From Mycolicibacterium smegmatis (GTDB taxonomy: Bacteria; Actinomycetota; Actinomycetes; Mycobacteriales; Mycobacteriaceae): a stretch of DNA of 32,000 nucleotides. Both the position numbers and the translations under genes were made by a program. Shown here piece after piece: positions 1-5,999 of this stretch (positions are counted from its first letter, which is position 1; each line of letters opens with the position of its first letter). Below the pieces are notes generated by a model, which was given only the letters and a program-made list of their open reading frames with translations, was not told the origin of the DNA and searched no databases. Location of the stretch: positions 2,940,001-2,972,000 of the forward strand of contig NZ_LN831039.1 in NCBI RefSeq assembly GCF_001457595.1. Direction: 5' to 3'.

Positions 1-622
1 TGTCGATGTATGACTTGTTCGAGCCGTGGTGCACGCGGTGATGAGACGGCGTGTTGAACATGAATTCCCAAGCCGGCCAGAGCTTCTCGATACGTTCGGT
101 ATGGCACGGGATCGGGAAGAGCAGCCCGGCGGTGTTGAGGACGAAGATCATCCACACGGGAAATCCGAGAAGGGCCACGGGTACCCACGCAAGGCTTCGC
201 AACGTGTAGGACACCGGGTGAAACCACGGCAGTCGAAGGTTGGTCGACAGGTTGAAGAACCTGCTGGCGTGGTGCACGCTGTGCGCCGTCCACAGCAGCC
301 GCACACGGTGGTCGGCGCGATGCGCCCAGTAGTAGCAGAAGTCCGTGGCGATCAGGCAGGCCACCCAGACCCACCAGTGACGAGGAGACAGCCGCAACGG
401 GGTCAGCGACGACGCGATCACGATCGTCGAGAACGGCAGCAGGTACTGCCCGGCGAACTTGAATGCCGCGTTGAGCGCGTAGGTCGCCCAGTTGCCCGCA
501 TAGTCGCGCGCCGAGAACTTCTGCGCATATTGCGGATCCCGTCGTTCGTCGAGCCACTCGACGAACGACAGCACCACAAAGGCCGGAGCGGTCCACAGCA
601 GCATTGTCATCGTGATGTCCAT
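1..622 (-). CDS. Fatty acid hydroxylase / sterol desaturase superfamily membrane protein (partial; C-terminus runs off the left edge)
   Basis: My own minus-strand translation from ATG 622-620 gives MDITMTMLLWTAPAFVVLSFVEWLDERRDPQYAQKF... It carries three histidine boxes (HRADH, HSVHH, SHHRVHH) typical of di-iron FA_hydroxylase proteins, plus hydrophobic segments and high GC3. It is absent from the ORF track because it has no in-window stop. The + strand ORF 26..637 is its Arg-rich shadow. Confidence 0.8.
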   Translation of the reverse strand, partial: MDITMTMLLWTAPAFVVLSFVEWLDERRDPQYAQKFSARDYAGNWATYALNAAFKFAGQYLLPFSTIVIASSLTPLRLSPRHWWVWVACLIATDFCYYWAHRADHRVRLLWTAHSVHHASRFFNLSTNLRLPWFHPVSYTLRSLAWVPVALLGFPVWMIFVLNTAGLLFPIPCHTERIEKLWPAWEFMFNTPSHHRVHHGSNKSYID

Positions 623-721
623 GGCAATCGACGGTAGAAATCTCGAGCCGACGAAACATCGCCCGTCGGAGCGATTTCGTGTCCCCCGCGAGAGGGATGC
701 GTCCGCGGTGCCGGGCCGCCG

Positions 722-1933
722 ATGCTGTCTCAACTTCCGGCTGTGTCGGGGCTGCGGCGAGTATTCTCGCCTGGCATGGCCACCGGCGAGCTCAGCGGCG
801 CGCGGCGGTCGTTGGCCCGTCAGTCGGTGGTGATCGCACTTCTGGCGGCCGCGGTGGACGTCGGCATCTTCGTCTCGTCCGGAATCTTCCGGGTTGCGTT
901 CGCGTCGGCTTGCGCCATGACCGTCCTCTTGGTGTTGGCCGATCTGGCGTTGGCGCTGCCTGCCCACGCGACGGCCGTTGTGGCAATCGTCCAAGTGGTC
1001 ATCAGATTGGCGGTGTGCTGGCTGCTCAGTCGGCACGGCCTCGCCGCAGGCATAGGCGACGTCGGCATACTCGTCGCCGGCTACCGCGTGGGCGCCTGGT
1101 TACCCACCCGCGTCGCACTGCTCGTGGTGCCGGTGCTGGCGGCGGGTGTGTCCGGTGCGGCGGTGATCAACGGCGCTGGACGGACCTGGCGGGAGGTTGT
1201 GCTCATCGCCGTGTCGAATGCGGTGGTGCCGTGGCTGGTGGGTCGGTACACGGCAGCAGGCCGAGCATACGTCGACCAACTCGAACGGCATCAACAGCAG
1301 CAGCAGGCAGCGCTGGAACGCGCCTTGGCCGACGAACGGGAGGCCATCGCCCGCGATCTTCACGACGTCATCTCGCATCACGTGAGCGCCGTCGGCATCC
1401 ATGCCGGGGCGGCTCGGTTGGCGCTCGGCACAGATCCAGATGCGGTCGCCCGGTCACTGGCCGCCGTCGAGTCGGCCAGCCGCTCAGCCATGATGGACCT
1501 CCGTCGCCAACTCGACCTGCTGCACGGTGCCGACAGCGCGGGGGAGCGTCAGCCCGGCCTCGCCAACGTGTCCCACCTGGTCGATACCGTCCGCCAGGCC
1601 GGGTTGTCGGTGGAGCTCGAGCTTCCCGATGCCATGCCGGCGTTGTCGCAGTCCCTCGACGTCACGGTTTACCGCATCGTGCAGGAACTGCTGACGAATG
1701 CGCTGCGTCACGGTGACGGGACGGCGCGGCTGCAGGTGCGGCGCACAATCAACGAGGTGATCATCGACGCTTCGAATCCCATTGCCGACGGGAGATTCTC
1801 GGGGGAGTCACCGGGGCGCGGCCGGGCCGGTGTGCGGCGCCGCGCGGAACTCTTCGGGGGAACAATGCGAGATGGCAGCGACGACGGAGTGCGGTGGCGC
1901 ACCGTGGTGTCGATCCCTGTTCCGCCGTCATGA
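722..1933 (+). CDS. Two-component sensor histidine kinase (HisKA_3 / NarX-DesK type) with N-terminal multi-pass membrane region
   Basis: The 403-aa ORF has several hydrophobic helices in its first ~180 aa. An H-box follows (EREAIARDLHDVISHHVSAVGIHAGAAR), then HATPase_c-like motifs (ELLTNALRHGDG, GRGRAGVRRRAELFGG). Its stop overlaps the response regulator start (ATGA at 1930-1933). The start is uncertain: ATG 722 or ATG 776. Confidence 0.85.
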   Translation: MLSQLPAVSGLRRVFSPGMATGELSGARRSLARQSVVIALLAAAVDVGIFVSSGIFRVAFASACAMTVLLVLADLALALPAHATAVVAIVQVVIRLAVCWLLSRHGLAAGIGDVGILVAGYRVGAWLPTRVALLVVPVLAAGVSGAAVINGAGRTWREVVLIAVSNAVVPWLVGRYTAAGRAYVDQLERHQQQQQAALERALADEREAIARDLHDVISHHVSAVGIHAGAARLALGTDPDAVARSLAAVESASRSAMMDLRRQLDLLHGADSAGERQPGLANVSHLVDTVRQAGLSVELELPDAMPALSQSLDVTVYRIVQELLTNALRHGDGTARLQVRRTINEVIIDASNPIADGRFSGESPGRGRAGVRRRAELFGGTMRDGSDDGVRWRTVVSIPVPPS

Positions 1934-2598
1934 CCTCGCCGATCCGCACGCTCGTCGCCGACGACCATGCCATGTTCCGCGCGGGTCTGCGCGCGGTTCT
2001 GGACACCAGCCCGGACACCGTCTGCATCGCCGAAGTCGGCGACGGCCGAGCCACGGTCGAGGCGTGCCTGCAGCTGAGGCCCGACGTCGCGGTTCTGGAC
2101 GTCCGGATGCCCAAGCTGGACGGTGTCGCGGCCATCCGGCCGATAGTCGAGGCCGTCGACACTCGGGTTCTGATGCTCACCACCTACGACAGCGAGACCG
2201 TGTTGGCCAGTGCCCTGCAAGCCGGGGCGTCCGGTTTCCTGCTCAAGTCGTCACCACCCGAGGAACTCATCGGCGCGATCCGGATCGTCGCCCGTGGCGA
2301 CGCGGTCATCGATCCGGCGATGACGCGCCGACTGGTCAGGAGGGTCGCGGGCAATCTGGCGCCGGCGCCACTGCCAGACGAGGTGTCCACCCTGACCGCG
2401 CGCGAATTCGAGGTGCTGTTGTTGATGGCCGACGCCATGAGCAACGCCGAGATCGCCGCCGCGTTATTCGTGGGAGAAGAGACTGTCAAAACGCACGTAT
2501 CGCGCATCCTGGCCAAGCTCGGGGTGCGGGACCGGGTGCATGCAGTCGTCTACGCACATCGACATCGGCTGAACGAAAGAACAAGAGACAACGGCTGA
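1930..2598 (+). CDS. NarL/LuxR-family response regulator (REC + LuxR HTH)
   Basis: The sequence MTSPIRTLVADDHAMFRAGL...VAVLDVRMPKLDG is a receiver domain. LTAREFEVLLLMADAMSNAEIAAALFVGEETVKTHVSRILAKLGVRDR is a LuxR-type HTH. I chose the start at ATG 1930 (in frame within track ORF 1894..2598) because of its 4-nt overlap with the kinase stop. Confidence 0.9.
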   Translation: MTSPIRTLVADDHAMFRAGLRAVLDTSPDTVCIAEVGDGRATVEACLQLRPDVAVLDVRMPKLDGVAAIRPIVEAVDTRVLMLTTYDSETVLASALQAGASGFLLKSSPPEELIGAIRIVARGDAVIDPAMTRRLVRRVAGNLAPAPLPDEVSTLTAREFEVLLLMADAMSNAEIAAALFVGEETVKTHVSRILAKLGVRDRVHAVVYAHRHRLNERTRDNG

Positions 2599-2650
2599 CC
2601 GGATCGCGCAGCTCAGGCCCAACGCGAAACGTGTGGGGTCCGGTGTCGTC

Positions 2651-2982
2651 CTACGCGGACGGCAAGCTGTCCCCGTAGCGCTGATCCAGCGCGCCGTTGG
2701 ATCGCGGGGACTGGTGCAGTGGGCCGAGCCATCCACTGGCGGTGAGGCCTTCATCCCGCTGTCGCCGGGAACCGTCGATGTTCCACCGCCATCTGGTTGG
2801 AGACGGCGCGACGGTTGGGCGCGTTGCGGATTGAACACGGCAGTATCCGCTCGGGTGGTGCCGACGGCCTGGAGCAGGCGGTGTCCGACACGGTGGGCAC
2901 GCCGTACGTACGGGGCGGACTGCTCTGGGGCGATGTCGTAGTTGGTCAACGCGGCGTTGAGGATGCCGCAGGACTCCCGCAT
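2651..2982 (-). pseudogene. Degraded ORF of unknown function (apparent frame break near 2760-2850)
   Basis: From ATG 2982, MRESCGILNAALTNYDIAPEQSAPYVRRAHRVGHRLLQAVGTTRAD has strong GC3 bias that then fades. A second frame regains GC3 bias for ...GLTASGWLGPLHQSPRSNGALDQRYGDSLPSA* and ends at 2651. I recognised no family. Confidence 0.25.
2816..2836 (-). other. Possible degenerate copy of the tRNA-Val(GAC) 3' end (candidate distal att-site remnant)
   Basis: Forward tgggcgcgttgcggattgaac (2816-2836) compares with forward tggtgcgcgatactgggattgaac at the 3' end of tRNA-Val (11058-11081). They share the orientation, an exact 9-mer ggattgaac, and tgg/gcgcg blocks with a 3-nt length difference. This is a hand alignment only. 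Confidence 0.25.
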
Positions 2983-3062
2983 GGCGATGGTTACGCGTCG
3001 GAGTCAGAACGCGCCAGCGCATCGCGGATGCCGAGGACCGGCTGGCCACCGCCGAGGGCGAG

Positions 3063-3775
3063 GTGCGGGAGAAGGAGGCGCGGCTGCGGGAGGTGCAGGC
3101 CGACGCCGACGCCAAGGAGTCGGACCGCATCGCGGCCGAGAACGACCTCGCCGAGACGCAACGCGACCATGACAAGGCACGCGCGGAATTGGTTGAGACG
3201 CAGCACAAGCCGATTGGCAGCGGCAGCGGCACCGGCAAGAAGGGCGGCCACGACGGTCAGAGCTTCGCCAAGGACATGCTGTCGGGCGCGCTGGAGGCCC
3301 TGAGGTTTGACGGATCGGTGTTCTCCGACCTCAGCCAGTGGGGCATCTGGAAGTTGTTCACCGGGGGCTCGAACTACGCTGGCGGGCTGCTGAAGAACGC
3401 CTACGGTGGGCCGTCGAGGCTCAACCCGTACGGCCTCGCGGCGCTGCACTACGGCGGGTCACCAGCCGGCACCCAACACGGCCGCGGCCCGGGGTCGCCT
3501 GGTCGGGGCAATCAGGGCGACGGCGGCCTGGGTGGGTTCCAGCTGGGCGACCGCGGCGGTATGTCGAGTGTCGGCGACACCCTGACGGGTGCGCTGCCCC
3601 AGGTGTCGGACTTCTTGCCGTCACCGGCCACCAATGCGCCCAACGTGGACGCGTCCATCAACATCCACGGACCCGTTGGGTGTCGCCCAACGACCTGATG
3701 TCCCGTATCCATGCCGAACGCAACGACCGAGCTCGCACTGCGGGGTCGGGCCTCAAGGGTGTTGGGGGATTCTGA
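3063..3775 (+). pseudogene. N-terminally truncated, frameshifted coiled-coil / Gly-rich protein (phage structural-protein-like; family not assigned)
   Basis: The frame opens at 2961 with no start codon before GTG 3063. A charged coiled-coil stretch (EKEARLREVQADADAKESDRIAAENDLAETQRDHDKARAEL) is followed by a Gly-rich region. Frame 0 ends ...ASINIHGPVGCRPTT* at 3698. The -1 frame continues from about 3680 with good GC3 as VSPNDLMSRIHAERNDRARTAGSGLKGVGGF*, and its TGA (3773-3775) overlaps the next gene's ATG. Confidence 0.5.
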
Positions 3776-4134
3776 TGGCCAAGAAGCCGAACATCCCCTG
3801 CGCTAGTGGCTGTGGCAAGCTGCTTTGGCCCGGCCGCACCACGCTGCCGGTTGGCGTGGCCGCCTGCCGTTCCTGTTGGCGCCCAGCGAGCCGCGACACC
3901 GCCAAGGCCGCCCGCGACGCGCCGCTGCAACATTTGCGGGGTCACGGTGCTCAGCCCGGACCAGATGTGCCCCTCCACAAGGGACTGCGCCGCCTGGTGT
4001 GCCGGTGGTGCGGCAGCGAATACATCGGCTCCCGCGGCACCAAGTGCTGCAGCGATAGGTGTCGCCGACGAGGACAAGCCCACGCGATGCAGTCACGTCA
4101 ACGTTCGGTGCAGCCCACCGACGCTGGCAGGTGA
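3775..4134 (+). CDS. Small Cys-rich (zinc-ribbon-like) protein, 119 aa
   Basis: MAKKPNIPCASGCGKLLWPG...CRSCW...VCRWCGSEYIGSRGTKCCSDRCRRRGQAH contains four Cys pairs (CASGC, CRSC, CRWC, CCSDRC). GC3 is good. The ATG at 3775 overlaps the upstream TGA by 1 nt (TGATG). Confidence 0.6.
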   Translation: MAKKPNIPCASGCGKLLWPGRTTLPVGVAACRSCWRPASRDTAKAARDAPLQHLRGHGAQPGPDVPLHKGLRRLVCRWCGSEYIGSRGTKCCSDRCRRRGQAHAMQSRQRSVQPTDAGR

Positions 4135-4231
4135 CCCTTTGCCGTTTGCTCGGCGTTGACTAGTCTCACCCCGGTAGGCGTGTTGTTAGAGGGGGAACGG
4201 TCGTGGGGCCGGCAACAGCCGGGCGGGGAGT

Positions 4232-5404
4232 TTGCCAACCAGGTCGGAGATAGAAGGTTGGGATACATCGGAGCTTGAGAACGCGGCTTCAACCTGGCGT
4301 GCAGCGGCCGCCCAGTCTGAGCAGGTGTTTGACCAGCACCGACAGAACATCGCTGCACCTGGCGGCACCACGTGGGAAGGCGACGCCAAGGACGCGGCGC
4401 TCAACCGTGTGACGGCCGATGTGAGCGTTGTCCGGCATCAAGGTGACGTAGTGCGGGCCGCGGCCGACATTGCCGAGAGCGGCAGCGGCGATATCCAGGC
4501 GGCGCTTTCCAAAGTCCTGGACGCCATCGCTGCGGCAGAGGCCGACGGGTTCCGGGTCGGTGAAGACCTGTCGGTAACCGACACCAAGCGAGTGGACGTG
4601 TTCTCGATGGCGGCACGCCGGACGGCCCTATCAGAGCACGCTGAGGGCATTCGCTGGGCAGCAGAGCAGCTGGTGCAGACTGACACCCTGGTGGGTAAGC
4701 GGCTGGAGGCCAAAGCGACTGAGCTGCAAGGAATTCAGTTCGATGGCGAAGGTCAGTCGGATCACGTTGTACAGGCCGTGGACTACAGCACCATGCCGGA
4801 ACGGCCGCAGTTTCCGCTGCCCGAGAAGCCGTGGGACTACAACCTGGACCTGACGACCGATCTGAAAGTCGATGGCGGCAAAAGCGCAGGCGCGGGCATC
4901 ACCATCGATGACGTGTGGAAAGAACTCCACCGATGCTTTAATTGCAATTTCCCAAGGGGAGGCGCACCCAAGGACTTCCCGAAGGTTGGCGATGAGCTGC
5001 CTCTGGAAATCAAAATGGCTGGGGCCAAGCTGGCGAATTTCCCGGTGAGGGTCACTCAAGCCGAGAAATCTGGCTCGGAGATAAACATCGAATTCGAAAC
5101 CCTCCCCGGACATGTGGACGGCCCAGGTAGCACGATCCACTTCAGGTTCTTCGAGCAGGGCGGTGAGATACACCTCGGTATCAACGCGCACGTGACCGAT
5201 CCTGGCCCCGGCACTCAGCCATTCCCAGTTGGACCGGCGTTCAGGGCCGGATATACGGGCATAGCGCATCTGACTTGGCAGCCCTACATTGATCGCTTGG
5301 CCGATAACATCCAGCAGTCTCGTGGTGTAGTGCCCAACGTGGGGCCTCCGGTGGTGCCACCAGGATTACCGCCTATTGCCGTACCGAATACAGGTGGACG
5401 ATGA
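4232..5404 (+). CDS. WXG-hairpin (T7SS-signal-like) N-terminal domain protein with unassigned C-terminal domain; candidate polymorphic toxin
   Basis: 390 aa. The N-terminus MPTRSEIEGWDTSELENAASTWRAAAAQSEQVFDQHRQNIAAPGGTTWEGDAKDAALNRV has W48-E49-G50 between two predicted helices. A Pro-rich linker (MPERPQFPLPEKPWDY) follows, then a C-terminal module with CFNCNF and FETLPGHVDGPGSTIHFRFFEQGGEIHLGINAHV, then a Pro-rich tail. TTG 4232 is the only start codon in the open frame, which opens at 4178. A/T-ending and rare codons (ata, agg, tta) suggest foreign origin. Confidence 0.65.
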   Translation: MPTRSEIEGWDTSELENAASTWRAAAAQSEQVFDQHRQNIAAPGGTTWEGDAKDAALNRVTADVSVVRHQGDVVRAAADIAESGSGDIQAALSKVLDAIAAAEADGFRVGEDLSVTDTKRVDVFSMAARRTALSEHAEGIRWAAEQLVQTDTLVGKRLEAKATELQGIQFDGEGQSDHVVQAVDYSTMPERPQFPLPEKPWDYNLDLTTDLKVDGGKSAGAGITIDDVWKELHRCFNCNFPRGGAPKDFPKVGDELPLEIKMAGAKLANFPVRVTQAEKSGSEINIEFETLPGHVDGPGSTIHFRFFEQGGEIHLGINAHVTDPGPGTQPFPVGPAFRAGYTGIAHLTWQPYIDRLADNIQQSRGVVPNVGPPVVPPGLPPIAVPNTGGR

Positions 5405-5697
5405 AGCGAGCGTTGACAATTGCAGGTTGGCTGGTCCTCGGCATTGTGGCGGGGCTTGCCGTGTACGCGGTGCTCACGCTGATTCTGGGAGCCGCTGGCT
5501 TCTACTCGTTGGCGATGGGCACGGCGACGGTGCTGGGGTTCCTCAGTGCCGTCGTCGGCGCGGTGGTGATGTTGCGCCGACGACGGAGCCCCGACCGATA
5601 TGCGTTCTGGGTGGGGATGGTTCTGTTCCTTGGGGTTTGCTCGGTGCAGGTACTGGTTCTCAGCCCTCGCTTGGTCTGGCCGCTGAACCTCATGTAA
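5401..5697 (+). CDS. Small multi-pass membrane protein (98 aa); candidate immunity partner
   Basis: The ATG at 5401 overlaps the upstream stop (ATGA). There are three hydrophobic segments (LTIAGWLVLGIVAGLAVYAVLTLILGAAGF, ATVLGFLSAVVGAVVML, YAFWVGMVLFLGVCSVQVLVL) with an RRRRSPDR loop. I recognised no family. Confidence 0.6.
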   Translation: MKRALTIAGWLVLGIVAGLAVYAVLTLILGAAGFYSLAMGTATVLGFLSAVVGAVVMLRRRRSPDRYAFWVGMVLFLGVCSVQVLVLSPRLVWPLNLM

Positions 5698-5790
5698 TGC
5701 AGGTGGGCGAGTACACCCCCACGTCGCCCATCAGACCGTCACCTCACGACCATGAGTAACCCGGGGGGTGGGGTTCAAATCTCTGCCTGA

Positions 5791-5999
5791 TCCCTGAACA
5801 CTTTCTCTCTGCCCGGTCCCTGATCACTTTCGAGGAGTATGCCGACGGCAGCGACTATGAAGGCAGAACGGACCTCGGTAACACCCAGCCGGGCGACGGG
5901 ACGCGCTACAAGGGCCGCGGGCCTATCCAGGTGACCGGGCGGCACAACTACACGCAGATGAGCGAGGACCTCGGGGTTGACTTCGTGAACCATCCTTAG
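5791..5999 (+). pseudogene. Glycoside hydrolase family 19 (chitinase/phage-lysin-like) gene fragment, truncated at both ends
   Basis: My translation ...ITFEEYADGSDYEGRTDLGNTQPGDGTRYKGRGPIQVTGRHNYTQMSEDLGVDFVNHP* matches the conserved GH19 core pattern (YEGR.DLGNTQPGDG.R[YF]KGRG.IQ.TGR.NY). There is no start codon; the frame opens right after a TGA at 5788-5790. It ends at the TAG inside the CTTAG next to the IS. Confidence 0.7.
5995..5999. repeat. CTTAG target-site duplication copy 1 (left flank of IS copy A)
   Basis: This pentamer lies immediately outside the CCTCGATCC terminus at 6000. It is identical to the pentamers at 7661-7665 and 9324-9328. Confidence 0.7.

Noticed and set aside
26-637. 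203-aa + strand ORF at the left edge
   Set aside because: Its composition is Arg/His/Pro-rich nonsense. The opposite strand in this interval encodes a protein with three canonical histidine boxes and TM segments, so this is a shadow ORF.
2607-2619. 13-bp exact inverted repeat, cgcagctcaggcc at 2607-2619 versus ggcctgagctgcg at 11038-11050, sitting near both edges of the island
   Set aside because: The placement is tempting, but over 32 kb on both strands roughly a dozen chance 13-mer pairs are expected. The match does not extend by a single base on either side. tRNA-site integration predicts direct repeats, not inverted ones.
4156-4195. TTGACT hexamer (4156-4161) upstream of the toxin-like gene as a possible promoter -35
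   Set aside because: No TANNNT -10 hexamer lies at a 16-19-nt spacing; only TAGGCG and TAGAGG, neither ending in T, lie downstream. This is too weak to annotate.
4631-5269. 212-aa ORF antisense to the WXG-type gene
   Set aside because: The sense frame has a coherent domain architecture, the WXG motif and translational coupling to the downstream gene. The antisense ORF has no motifs and poorer third-position bias.
5772-5781. T-loop-like motifs ggttcaaatc (5772-5781) and ggtttcgatcc (9477-9487) flanking the GH19 fragment and IS block
   Set aside because: Neither has a complementary T-stem or any acceptor stem. The surrounding sequences are unrelated to each other, so they are neither tRNA genes nor a direct-repeat pair. 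At most they are very degraded att relics.
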